From: the human T2T-CHM13v2.0 reference genome, Homo sapiens
Strand: one strand, 5' to 3'
Assembly (NCBI RefSeq): GCF_009914755.1
Contig: NC_060937.1
Length of the DNA: 64,000 nt
Below the pieces are notes generated by a model. That model did no database searches. It was not told the DNA's origin and saw only the letters and a list, made by a program, of their open reading frames with translations. This document shows, in pieces, positions 27,877-41,359 of the stretch. Numbering within the stretch: the first letter of the stretch is position 1; each line of letters begins with the position of its first letter. The position numbers and the translations under genes were made by a program.

Positions 27877-28378
27877 TGTGCTAAAATAAATAATATGAAA
27901 AGAAATTTAGAAAAACAATCCTACTTAAAATAGCATAAAAAAGTGTAAAAATATATAGAAGAAGGTGAAAAACTTGTACAGTAAAAACTAAAAACATTGC
28001 TGAAAGAAATCAAATAAAATACAAATAAATGGAAAGACATTTTATTCATTTATTGGAAGGCTTAATATTGTTAAAATGTCAATATTAGCCAAAGCAATCT
28101 ACAAGTTCAATGCAGTATTTATCAAAATGTCAATTGCATTTCTTTTTGCATAAATAGGAAAAAAGTCCTAAAATTAATATGGATTGGAATCTCATAGGGC
28201 CTTATAGCCCAATACTCCTGAGAAAGAAACACGAAACTGGAGGCCTCACACATTCTAGTTTCAAAACATAGTACAAAGCTACAGTAATCAAAACAGCTGG
28301 GTACTGGCATAAGGACAGACATACAGACCAATGGAACAGAAAAGAGCCCAGAATCAAAACCTTATGTATAATAAGGAC

Positions 28379-30726
28379 TGATATGGTTTGGCTCTGTGTC
28401 CCTACCCAAATCTGATCTCAAAATGTAATTCCCACATGTTGAGGGAGGGATCTTATGGGAGGTGATGGAATCATGGGGGTGGCTTCCCCCATGCTGTTCT
28501 CATGATAGTGAGTGAGTTCTCACAGGATCTGATGGTTTAAAAGTGGCAGTTTCCCCTGCACGCTCTCTCTCTCCTGCTGCCATGTAAGGTGTGGAAGCCT
28601 TGCTTCCCCTTCATCTTCACCATGATATTAAGTTTCCTGAGGCCATGCAGAACTGTGAGTCGATTAAACCTCTTTTGTTTATAAATTACCCAGTCTCAGG
28701 TAGTATCCTTATAACAATATGAAAATGGAGTAATACAGGAAATGGGTACTGGGATAGTGGGCACTGCTATAATGATAACCCGAAAATGTGGAAGTAACTT
28801 TGGAACTGGGTAATGGGAAGAGGTTGGAACAGTTTGGAGAGCTCAGAAGAAGACAGGAAGATGTGCAAAAAGTTTGGAACTTCCTAGAGACTTGTTGAAT
28901 GATTTTGGCCAAAATGCTGATAGTGATATGGACAATGCAGTTCAGGCTGAGGTAGTCTCAGATGGAGATGAGAAATTTATTGGGAACTGGAGCTAAGGTC
29001 ACTCTTGCTATGCTTTAGCAAAGAGACTAGCAGCATTTTGCCCCTTCCCTAAAGATCTGTGGAACTTTGAACTTGAGAGAGATGATGTGGGCTATCTGGC
29101 AGAAGAAATTTCTAAGCAGCAAAGCATTCAAAAGGTGACACAGCTTTTTCTGAAAGCGTACATGTATATGCACTCACAAAGAGATGGTTTGAAATTGGAA
29201 CATATATTTAAAAGGGAAGTAGAGCATAAAAGTTTGGAAAATTTGCAGCCTGACCATTTGGAAGAAAAGAAAAACCCAGTTTCTGGGAAGAAATTCAAGC
29301 CAGCTACAGAAATTTGCATAAGTAATGCGGAGCCAAATGTTAATAGCCAAGACGATGGGGAAAATGTCTCCAGGATATTTCAGAGATCTTCATGGCATTC
29401 CCTCCCTTCACAGACCTGGAGGCCTAAAAGGTAAAAATGGTTTTGTGGGCCAGGCCCACGGCCCTGCTGCTCTGTATAGCCTTGGAACATGGCATCCCAT
29501 GTCCCAGCCATCCCAGCTCCAGCCATGGCTAAAAAGGTCCAAAGTAAAGCTTGGGCCATGGCTTCAGAGGGTGCAAGCCCCGCACCTTGGCATCTTCTAT
29601 ATGGTGTTTGGCTTGTGGGTACACAGAAGACAAGAGCTTTGGGAGGCTCCACCTGGATTTCATAGCATGTATGGAAATGCCTGGATGCCCAGGCAGAAGT
29701 CTGCTGCAGTGGCAGAGTCCTCATGAAGAACCTCTGCTAGGGCAATGCAGAGGGGAAATGTGGAGCTGGAGCCTCCACACAGAGTCTCCACTGGGACACT
29801 GCCTAGTGGAGCTGTGAGAAGACAGCCACTGCCCTCGTCCTCCAGACCCCAGAACGGTAGATCGATTGACAGCTTGCACTGGGCACCTGGAAAAGCTGCA
29901 GGTACTCAATACCAGCCTGTGAAAGCAGCCACAGGGGCTGTACCCTGCAGAGTCAAAGAGGCAGAGATGCCCAAGGCCTTGGGAACCCATCTCTTGCATC
30001 AGTGTGCCCTGGATGTGAGACATGGAGTCAGAGGAGATTATTTTGGAGCTCTAAGATTTAGGAAGTTCCCTGAAGGGTTTTGTGCTTGCATGGAGCCTGT
30101 AGCCCCTTTGTTTTGGCCACCTTTTCCCATTTGGAATGGGAACATTTACCCAATGCCTGTACCCCATTGTATCTTGGAAGTAACTAACTTGTTTTTTATT
30201 TTATAGGCTGATAGGTGAAAGGGACTTGCCTTGTCTCAGATGAGACTTCAGACTTGGACTTTTGAGTTAATGCAGGAACAAGTTAAGACTTTGAGTAACT
30301 GTTGGGAAGGCGTGATTGGTTTTGAAATGTGAAAATGACCTGAGATTTGGGAGGGGCCAGGAATGATATGGTTTGACTCTGTGTCCCCACCCAAATGGTT
30401 TACCATTTTGAATGGTAATCCCCAGGTGTGAGGGAGGGACCTGGTAGGAGGTGATTGGATCCTGAGGGCAGTTTCCCCCATGCTATTCTTGTGATAGTGA
30501 GTTCTCATGAGATCTTATGGTTTAAAAGTCGCAGTTTCCCCTGCACTCTCTCCATCTCCTGCTGACACGTAAGACGTGTCTTGCTTCTGCTTCACCTTCT
30601 GCCATAATTGCGAGTTTCTTTAGGCTTCTTCAGCCATGGAACCGCGGGTCAATTAAACCTCTTTTGTTTATACATTACCTAGTCTCAGGCAGTATCTTTA
30701 CAGTAGCGTGAAAATGGACTGACACA
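28379..30726 (+). mobile_element. Complete THE1 (THE1D-like) MaLR provirus: 5'LTR 28379-28737, internal 28738-30363, 3'LTR 30364-30726
   Basis: Both LTRs start 'tgatatggtttg' and end '...aca'. Exact 5-bp TSD aggac at 28374-28378 and 30727-30731. The ~1.6-kb internal region has MaLR ORF remnants (29087..29434, 29745..30206). Confidence 0.95.
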
Positions 30727-31625
30727 AGGACAAACAATCTTCAACAAGGGTTCCAAGGCAACATAATGGAGAAAGGATAGTTTTTCAATAAATGCTGTTA
30801 GGAAAACTGGATATTCACATTGAAAAGAATGAAGTTGGACTTTTATATCATATCATATGGAAAAATTAACTGAAAACAGATTAAGGTCACGAATGTAACC
30901 CCCAAAACTATAAAACTCCTAAAAGAAAACATAAGGAAAAATCATTATGCCTCTGGAGTTGGCAGCAATTTTGGATATGACACCAAAGCACAGGCAACAA
31001 AAACAAAAATAGACAAGTGAGACTATATCAAATCTAAAAAATTCTGCAGCAAAGAAAATAACCAGGGTGGTGAAAAGCCAATCTACAGAATAAGAAAATA
31101 TTTGCAAACCATCTATCTGATAAATGGTTAAGATCCAGAATATATAAAGACGTCTTTATCTCTATTATCACTACCACCACCACCACAGTAACAATAACAA
31201 GTCCAATTCAAGATGAGCAAAGCATTTGAATAGACATTTTTCAAAGGAAGATATTATAATAGCCAACAAGCACAGAAAAAGAAGCTCTTCATTACTAGTC
31301 ATCAGGGAAATGGAAATCAAAACCACAGTAAGATATCACTTTATAGTTGGTAAATTTCACTGTTAGAATGGCTAATATTAAAAACAAAACTGGAAAATTT
31401 TTAGTGTTGACAAGAATGTAGAGAAGTTGGAATGTGGTGCACTGCTGGTAGTGCAGCAGTTATTTGTAAAATGACGCAGCTGCAATGGAAAACCGTATGA
31501 AAGTTCCTCAAAAAAATAAAAAATACAATTATTATATGAGCCAGCACTCCCACTTCTGTTATATATTCAAAAGGATTGAAACTAGGATCTCCAAGAGATA
31601 TTTGCACACTCATGTTCATTGTAGC

Positions 31626-31991
31626 TATATCAGTCCATTCTCATGCTACTATGAAGGAATATCCAAGACTGGGTAATTTATAAAGAAAAAAGGTTTAATT
31701 GACTCACAGTTCTGCATGGCTGGGGAGGCTTTAGGAAACTTGCAATCATGGCAGAAGATACATCTTTACAAGGCTGCAGGAGAGAGAATGAGTGCAAGTA
31801 GGGAAAATGCCAGACGCTTATAAAATCATCAGATGTCCTGAGACTCAGTATCAGTATTGCGAGAACAGCATGGGAGAAATAGTGCCCATGATTTAATTAC
31901 CTCCACCTGGTCCCACCTTTGACACATGGGGATTATGGGGATTACAATTTAAGGTGAGATTTGGGTGGGGACACAGAGCCAAACCATATCA
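31626..31991 (-). mobile_element. THE1 (THE1C-like) solo LTR
   Basis: 'tatatcagtccattctcatgctactatgaagg...gggtggggacacagagccaaaccatatca'. The host L1 resumes on both sides. Confidence 0.9.
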
Positions 31992-32459
31992 ATATCGTTA
32001 TTCATAATAGCCAAGAAGTTGAAGCAAGTTGAATACCTTTCAAAAGATAAATGGATAAAAAGTGTAATATCTGCATACAATGGGGTATTATTGAGCCTTA
32101 TCAAAAAAGGAAACCTTGTCTTATGCTAAAACAGGTGAATATTGAGGACATTGTTTTAAGTGAAATAAGCCAGTCATAAAAGCACAAATACCATGTGATT
32201 CCTCTTATATGAAACCTCTAAAGTAGTCAAACTCTTTAAAAACAGAAAGTAGTATAGTGGTTGCCAGGAACTGGGGGAAGGGGGAAATGGAAGTTGTTCA
32301 ATGGATACAGAGTTTTAATTTTGCAAGATAATGTTCTAGAGCTATTTTGGACAACAATGTGCACAAAGTTATCACTACTGTACTGTACACTTAAAATGGT
32401 TAAGATAGTAAATTTTATGTCATGTGTTTTTTACCACAATAAAAAAAGAGAAAAATAAG

Positions 32460-34400
32460 ATTGAAGATATAATTGAAGGAGTAAAATAGAGAAAAATTAG
32501 AACTGAAATAAAAACAATAAAATTTAGGATGATAAGTAAAAGCACCATATAGAAATTTTATAGCTAAAGAATATTGTCATGGAAATTTAAAACACAAAGA
32601 ATGGGTTAAATACCTGGTTATACTGAGCTGTAGAGTGAATTAGTGAACTGGAAAACAGATTGTAGAAATTACACAGAATACAGCAGAATGGAAGCAGAGA
32701 TGAAAAATCTGAACAGTTTAGACACATGGAAAAATATCTGACAAACATCTAATATAGGTTCTTGAAGGAGCAATAGAGAGAATGACACAGATGCAAAGTT
32801 TTAGGATCTAAATTTGAAGAGAATTGCTGAAAGAACTTTGCTGAAATACCTCATTACTCAGATTCAGGGAATAGAAAGTATTCCTACTAGATTAAATAGA
32901 AGCAAATTCACACTGACACAAGCTATTGAAACCATAGAACACTAGAGTCAAACTAAAAGTCTTCTGAGCAAAGAAAAAAAATGAGATTTAAGAACAAGTG
33001 AAAGGATCTGTGAAAAAATAATAAATTTACAGCATATATCCCCAAAGCAAAATTATAAGCCATAAAAGATGGAATGACATCTACAAAGGGCTGAGATTAA
33101 AAAAACAAAAGGACCATAGAAGCTGTAGAATTCAAGTATAGAATTTGAACAAGGAAGATTTTAACGTAATTCCGTGTGTTGTTTGAAAGTTAAGCTTGTA
33201 AAAAGGGCAAGTCATAGACCAATACATATACTGACAAAGCACCTATACACAGCATATGTAAAGAATTTCTACAAATGCACAAATAAAAAATAGTCAACAT
33301 GCTAGAATAAAAAGACAGTTTTCTTCAATAGACTAACCAAAGAGGAAGGCCAAGTGGCCAATTAACATATCTAGAAATGTGTTCATAGTCATAAATCATC
33401 AGCATAATCCAAATTAAAACCACAATGTGTACCCATAAGAATAGGTAAAATTTAAGACTGACAAGTGTTGGAGAGTTTTAGGATCAGTTGAAACTCTCTG
33501 TTGAGAAAATATAATGTATTTCAGTGAAAAACTATGCATTATGTAAAGTAGCCTATGTCATTTGATTCTAGCCTCTTTAAGCTATTTTACAGCAATGAGT
33601 CATCTACATATGGTATATTCTTTTCAGTTCTCTGATTCTACCCCTGTTTATTGTCTTTGAGCTGTTTTCATTTTCACATGAATATTATTTTTCTTTGGAT
33701 TATCTTTTAAATTGATTATAACATCTGCCTGGGTCTCTCAGTTAATGTATTAAATAAAATCTTTAAAGTGTCCATTTTTATACTTGTATGAGACACAATT
33801 TTACCAATTTTTGAAAATTATCTTTTAATTTCATACCCTGCTGTTGTATAAATTGATACTACTGCTTTGAAAAACTGCAAGTATCTACTTAAGCTGACTA
33901 TATTAGTATCCTATGTGTATAGCTCTGCAAAACATGTACATATGTGCACTAAATACATATGCAAGGATGTTTATAAAAGAACTACTTGTAGCAGCCTATA
34001 ACCAGAAACAATCCAAATGCCCACAACTGTGGAAGAAATAGTCATAATAAAAAAGATATATATCTAGCAATGATAATTCAAAGAAACAACAAAACAAAGT
34101 TACAATCATGTTGACCAAAATAAACCTGAACAAAAGACTACATACATAATTCCATTTATATGAATTTTAAAAATAGGCAGACCTAATCCATAGCATTGAA
34201 AGTAGTTAGCCATTGAGGATTGTGGTTATCATTTTGGGCAGGTGGAATAATAACTGGACTGGGACAGGAAGAAAGATTCCAGGGTGATAATCGTATTCTA
34301 TTTCTTGCCCTGGTTTAGATTAGGATGTTTTCACTGAACAAAAATTTATCAAGCAATACATGTGTGCATTTCTCAATATATGTTGTATTCAACAAAATAT
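32460..34400 (+). mobile_element. Old L1 (L1ME/L1MC-type) ORF1, ORF2 and 3' remnants
   Basis: ORF1-like 'gaattagtgaactggaaaacag...aaattacacagaatacagcag' and 3'-end-like 'ataattccatttatatgaa...aggcagacctaatc'. Confidence 0.65.
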
Positions 34401-35648
34401 GTATATTTCTACATATAATACATATATCTGTTTGATAAATACAATGAATGTATTTTTAGACAAAGCAGAGCATATGACCCACAGACTTCAGCTGAAATAA
34501 GTACCAAAATGTATCTCAATAAAAATAAAAATGAACTTAGAAGGATGAAGATGCAAGAAATGATGGTGAGCAATTTTTAACATGTTAGAATAGTCTATCC
34601 AAGTATTGGTGACTTATGTTCAAATATTGGAGTGTAAAAATAAGGTAGAACTAAAACACAGAGTAATAGTAATAGCATATAGAACAGAAGGAAGTTATGA
34701 GAATTAAATTCGTCCTTAAGTTCAGCTACAGGCTCCACCTAACTGCCTGACTGTTTTGTTCTTGGCCCTCTGCTTAGAGTCCCATTTGTGCTTTCTGCTC
34801 CATTTAAATTCTTTTGCTTTCTAGGTTTCCCTCCCCTGGGATATCTTAGCCCAGTAGCACCTACTCCAGGCTCACGGAAGCCAAATCAGTACCAACTCCC
34901 AGATTCCCCATTCCCTCACTTAGAGAGATATGTCAGAAACAGAGTAGTTATGAATTCAATCTCTGTGGCTGTCCCCAAAGTCCCTTCATGCTCTTTGCAA
35001 TTTCCCACTTGAGTATTCACAATGACTTCAAGTTCCTCTAAGAGTGCCAGGAAACACTTAGGGAATACACAAATTCAACCACCTAAGGAACTGCTTTTTC
35101 AAGGTGTTTTACTTTGTTGTTTTCTTTGCTGTTGTTGTTACTTACGTCTCATAGCTTCTTTCAGTTAAGGTATTGATGATGAAGAGGCACTGATGCTGTA
35201 CAGGGTAAGGAAGATTTTCTCTGTTAGACTGTGACTTACTCTGCTAAACTTTGCTCTGCCTCAATCATTTGCACAACAAAATCATTGAAGTATTTCACTG
35301 GAGGAGTGGAGGCTTCTCCATTCTGTACATCCTGCTTTTGAGTTATTGATATAGTCTAACAGAACAGGTTGGAGAGCCTTTTGTTAATTTCATTCACTAA
35401 GGCATCTATACTTGTACTTTCTGGTGAATATCTGAAAGCCATATGTGAAGAATTTTTTGACTATCAGTAAATTTGGCTTATATATGTGTTGCTGCTCCTA
35501 CCTATTGATGCAGATTATCAAACATTGTCTGGAAAAATATTCTGAGAATTTGAATGTACACTCAAGTCTAGGTTTGTAAAGTGAGAAATACATTTATTTT
35601 GTGAGAAATAAATGTGCAATATTGTCTTAAAACTATCTTGAGAGTGAA

Positions 35649-35730
35649 TATTAAGTTGAATCATGCAAAAGGGCTGATATTTCACCATGTTTATCTATAA
35701 AAACAGCAATTATATGTAGGTCAAACATAT
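35649..35730. mobile_element. MADE2-like mariner MITE
   Basis: ~80-bp imperfect palindrome 'tattaagttgaatcatgcaaaa...aaaaacagcaattatatgtaggtcaaacata'. Confidence 0.65.
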
Positions 35731-35939
35731 GCTTGTTGTTTTACCCACCAAACAATATAATTTTTATTTTGTTCACATATTCTGAAATATTTTTCCAACA
35801 TCAATTTTCAGAGTGTGGTGGCCAGTTTTCTGGTGGGAAAACTCTTTGTGGTATGCATTCCATTGAGAATCAGATTGAGAGAAAGCTTTTGAAAAATTTC
35901 CTTACAAGTAATTTTGAAAGTCTTATTACTTGTCCCTAT

Positions 35940-36050
35940 GTCTTGACAGAAATAGAAGACAGAGACCTATTTTCTTTCATTTTTGAATCCTCAGCACTGA
36001 GAAGCGCTCAGAAGTAGTAGGTAGTCAATAAAAATTAGTATGAATGAAAA
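35940..36050 (+). mobile_element. L2 3' end
   Basis: 'agtaggtagtcaataaaaattagtatgaatgaa'. Confidence 0.6.
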
Positions 36051-39000
36051 AATTAATGCCTTTACTTTTATAGCTGGTGAATCTGAAAGATGAAAAAAGA
36101 AACTGTTATCAATTGAATACTCACCATATTCTACGTACTTTTTACTTTTAAAATATTTATTAGAAATTCTGATCATGAAAGTAACATGCTTATTATAAAC
36201 AACTTCAAAAATTTCAGAAACAACAGAAAGTGAAAGTCTACCTAACCCAGGTCCCAAGGGTACTACTACTGAAGTTGTGAGTATTCCTCTGTATTTCTTT
36301 CGAACAAATGTTTTTGTATTTCATATATTTAAAGTCATCCTTGAAACCAAAATTCAAGCCATTGATTTAGGTTTTGTAATGCTTTTCTCTTTCATCAAGG
36401 CTCTTTTCCTTTGCCTAGTAGTGAAGTTCAACCCCTTCTTTTCAGAAATGATGTGAATGCTCGAGACATGCCTTATGAATAAGATCTAAAGAGTTGGTTC
36501 TCTAATCATGTTCTCACAAAATTTTTATGAGTAGGCATTACTAACCCTATCCTTAATGAAAAATAGCAGGACTCAGAAATATTAAGGAACTTGTCAGAAG
36601 TTGCACAGCTAGTTGAACACCTCAACTTGCTCCACTAAAATACTTGGTGCACCATGGACCTTGGCTTGTCTTTTCTATATAATGGCAAAATTCAAAATGA
36701 AAAGTATTTAGTTATTGTACATATCCAGAATTAGCATTATATTGTCCATTTACATAGAATCATTGAGTAAACTTTCAGTTTTCACATTTGTCATAAATGA
36801 AGAGTTTGTGTGTTTGACTTTAAATTTGAATGTAAACACCTTAGTTTCATGAAAAATAATTAAACAAAGGTAAAACACAAACGGGTCAGTTTGGTGAGAT
36901 AAAGGCAGCATGTGGCACTAGCCAGAGTGGAAATGTACATATACAGCTGAAAGCTTATGTTATACTAGAAGAAGTGAAAATATTAAAAATAATCTTCAAG
37001 AGAGAAAAAATTTAAATCATATGCCTCCAAAAAAGATACATTATAAAATCAGTAATAAAGTTATTGGATTAAAAGTTTATAGGATGCAAAGAGATTTATC
37101 TAGAGACCCAGAGCTTTGCAATTTCCTTCTCACTGGTAAAGGTTTTACTTCTGTTATCTGAAAGGATCATATAAATTCTTTATTAACAAGCATAGGGTGA
37201 GACTACTTCTTTGTAAATAGAAATAACTTAATTTGCTCTTGTGCATTTTAGAAATGCCTTAAATGCCTGGGTTTCTGTATGTTATCCAAGAGCTAGTCTG
37301 ATAAAAGAGAGAATACCTAAGGCTATTACAGAAGAAAAATGGTGATACTTTCTAAACCTTTAGAAACAGAAAGCTGTGGGAGGCTGCCTAATCATTTGTC
37401 TTACAAACAGAGCATATGTTCATATACTGGTGTCTTATAAACCTGAAGGTATCAACTGCACTTGTCACTAACTCCAGCCCAATATTTGTTTTCAATCATT
37501 TCTAACCTAAGAGGCCCAGACGATATACAAACCCAATTTAAAGGCTGACAAAATTGTCTTCGCCATTCTGTATTGCAACAAGTTATCTATCTCATATAAA
37601 GGCTTTTACTGTCTCTCTGATCTGGAAGCACTTATTTTGTTTCAGCTTTTCAATAATACTCTAAAAACAGTTGTACCAAAGATTTAGGCATGTTTATGAT
37701 GCCTAGTTTGTAGAGTTGATTGGCTTTTCCCTCTACCTAATTTAGACTGCAGTGATTTTTGTTTTCTTTGATGCAAAGGAAACTACAAGAGACCCTGCTA
37801 AACAGCAAATTAATAGGTCTGAATTGGTAATGTGATCAAAGCAGTAGCCCTTTCTGGGGATGGGCGTGGCTGGAGGTCCTAGGTATGGTATTTGAAGATA
37901 GGCCTCTCAGAAGTCCAGACTGAGGCAGATTACTCATCCCTACTCTTTCTTTCTCTAAAATGGGCATGTGATTATCTATTCCATGGTGTCATTGTGTGGA
38001 TTAAATTAAAGAGATATAACAGACAAAATAATTGAATCATACATGTTAACTCCTTTCATGGATATTGATTTGACTAGCTTCCACTTGGCAAAAATACGAT
38101 GTTGACCTTTTCCCTTCCTTGAGGGGAACTTAAGGTACAAAATTTTGGATTTCAACCTACAAGGTTTTTGTGCTTGCCAAAATAAATTATAGAGACAGTT
38201 TGACTCCTATATTACAGATAGAGCACTAAGAAATTGGGTCCATCGCTGTCATTTTCCTCTCAGATTCCTTTCATCTGTCACAACACAGTAGTTATGAAAA
38301 ATGAAACCATAAATTCAATTTAGAGGGCAATTTGCAGCTAATCTTTGGAGTAATTTCAGTGTGAATAATGCAGCAATTTGGATGCATGGTCAGTCAATTC
38401 AGCTCTGATTTATTAGTATTTAAGAAATCTTTCTTTCATTAATGATAATTACTAAACAAGAGAAAATAATTTCTCTAAAATTACCTACCTTTATATCCAG
38501 CTTTCAGTTCTGAAAAACGGTTACATTGTTTGCTAAAATGATGATGATAAAGAAAAGGGGATACAAGGTATGTTTAGATTTTCAGCAAAAACTCTTTCCA
38601 GCTCTTGTGTGAACTGCTCAGCCCTAGGTTATATCTGCCTGTTTTTCTGATACGACTCCCATTAGAGATAACATTTTGAATATCTCAGCAGAAGGACCCT
38701 GGGATTTGATATTGATTTCCAGCACTCCAGGATGTATTAAAATCTAGCTGCAAAAATAATGACATTTTTGTTCTTGTCTAAGAGTCGAGTTTATCTGAGA
38801 TTTTTTCCTAGTTATTAAAACTCCACATTCTGACACATCCAATATACTCTGAGTCAGTGCACTTACAAGCATATGCTTAAATAGAGGGTAACATCACATT
38901 AAAATCTATAAAGAGCAGTTCTCAGAAAATGTTTACATTCATTTTCTTTTTTATATTTTATTGCATGAGCTTTAACTGCTGCATGTTTAACTATAGAAAC

Positions 39001-41076
39001 ACGTATTTCGAAACAAACCAAAACAAAACAGAAAGATATGTCTTTTCTTTAAAAAATGTTTTTGTTTTGTTCTAAAAAAAAAAAAATACTTATTTTCTAT
39101 GCATCCTCCCCAGTCCACTTCATCTGTCTAAAAGTCAGGGCCATGAATCGCACAGATTTTGTATTATTCCATTAAGCAGGGACAGTACTTTCAGTCCTAG
39201 GCATATAAAATCCCCTTCAGTTCTGGCATTCATTAAAATGATGTAAATAAACAAGATGTGAGTGATGGCCCCAAGGTTGTAGTGGTGAGCTATGCCATTA
39301 AAGGTGTTATATAATGCAAGGACAGGAGGGCATGTACTGGAAAGATGTCATAGATAGTGCTTGGCCAATTGCTTTGTAAATTTGGTGGTATTCCATCATA
39401 AGCAATGTAATCTACATTGCAAACTGATCAATATTATTGTGGAGTTTTTTCCGGAGGTTACATATTTGTAACTTTTTTATTTATAATAGGTATTCAGTAA
39501 GCAGTGAACATAACCAAGGATGGGAAAGGAGAGAGCACATTAACATTATATTCACTGTTTGGCTTTAAATGACATGAATTGACAGTACCAAGTCCAAATG
39601 ATCCCTGTAACAAAATGAGCTGGCTCTCGGGCATTCATGCCCCCGGTTAAGCTCATTAGTGGATGGTGGGTGTGTTACCCTCTCTGTGGAAATCATGCTC
39701 TTGAATATAAATTCAAAACTCTCCATCAGAAGAGATAGAAAACTCTTACTCTTGAACTCTCCACACATTTGTTTGTTTGCCTCTGGTTGTTGTCTCTTGA
39801 CTTTCTAAAATGAGATCTGGGGTTGAGGTTAAACCCAGAGTAGCAAGGAGAAGATGTGCGTGTGTGTGTTTAGAAGTGCCTTAGCCTGAGTCTCAGCCAT
39901 TTCTCACCTGCCAAGAGTTAAAGGTCAATTCTCTTAACAGATGACATTGAGAGGATGTTACAGCCCTGTCTTCATTTTCTCCTCTAAATAGCAATAGCTT
40001 TCAAAAATTCCTCATACACAATGGTATCTTTATTCTCTTCACTTTCGCTCTGTAAAAAATGACATAAATTTCCACCAGAACCCATTTTGTGTTGGCTCCA
40101 TTACATCTAATGATTTGCATGCACTTTCAATTTTAATTCATTAGTTGTTTCTCTGTATAGAAAGGAAGCAAAGTTTTATTGTGTTTTAATTTTCTGTTGT
40201 CCACAAAGACAGTCAGGTAACTGAACACTGGAGGGTGTTTACACTTTCTCTTACCTCGGAAGAAAATACTTCCTCACAAGACTCTTGATTATGCAGGACT
40301 CAACCGTCGTCTCCAGTGTCCTGAGGCTGAAGTTCACCTATCAGGCCAGAGAATGTTTGGAGGCAGAGATTTGTTTTTTGTCAATCAGAGCTATGGTGAG
40401 GTTTTAAATTTGGAAATTTGGTCCAGGCAGCTCAGAGGCGCCTTTTCTTCCTGAGATCTGTAAAAAACTGTTAAGTTTTGTTTGCTGTAGCCTAAGTGGT
40501 ATTTGCATAAACTTAAATCCTTGGGTATCTGAATAATTTTTTGAAGCATTGTTTACTTTACCTGAAATCCTATGGACTAATTTTAGTCACTTGTTTATTT
40601 GTTTTGAAAGTGAGGCTTAACATGTCTGTTTATTTGGTTAGCTAAGTTCAGGTCCTTTTAAAGCGATAATGGTTGTTTGCTCTAACTATGTAGAGCGGTG
40701 ATTTTGTTTTTTTTTTTTTTTGGCCTACTCTAGTGTATGTGTTTATTTAAGAAAGTCTCTCATATTGCACCTTAGGTTTACTTTTCCTAAGGCTTTTTAG
40801 GTAAAATATATCAGATCTGCATTTCTCTGAGAAAAGACCTACTCTCTGTGCTGCTCCCAACCATCATCCCCTTCTTGTCGGAACTAATTGGTTATTTGTT
40901 TTCTGGAGCCCTTTTTCATTATGCCTTTATGATTCTATTTCTTACATATGTTTGTTTACTTTTCTGATTTCTGCTCTAAACCTCATTGAGCAAGGTCTAA
41001 TTCAATTCTGGACACTGGCAGTGTTTATAGGGTGTGATACATAGTAGGCAATCAATATGTGTTTGCACAATTGAGG

Positions 41077-41308
41077 TTTTTTTCAGCTTTACTGAGGTAC
41101 AATTGAAAACAAAATTTTATGTATTTGAAGTGTGCAATTTGATAATTTAAGTATATACTGTGAAATGATTGCCATGACCAAGTTAACATGTCTATCACCT
41201 CACATAATTACCTTTTTAGGAGATATCGATGAGAACACTTAAGATCTACAGTACTCTCTTAGCAAATTTCAAGCATACAATACAGTATTATTAACTATAG
41301 GCACCACG
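41077..41308 (-). mobile_element. L1MA/L1MB-type 3' end
   Basis: 'cagctttactgaggtacaattg...tatcacctcacataattacc...gagaacacttaagatctac...ttagcaaatttcaag'. Confidence 0.85.
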
Positions 41309-41359
41309 TTTGTACAACTGAGTTTCAATTTTGCATATTAACATCTCTTAGGGGATGCC

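Larger units (their letters stand above)
24170..32460 (+). mobile_element. L1MB-type element with internal deletion, hosting Tigger1, a THE1 provirus and a THE1 solo LTR
   Basis: 5'UTR-like sequence at 24170-25160. ORF2 segments at 25220-25474, 27879-28378, 30732-31625 and 31997 onward are collinear across the insertions. The 3' end is 'gtacacttaaaatggttaagatagtaaattttatg...accacaataaaaaaa'. Confidence 0.85.

Noticed and set aside
29087-30206. Cluster of 100-150 aa overlapping ORFs
   Set aside because: GC-richer THE1 internal sequence, with fragmented MaLR ORF remnants rather than a host gene.
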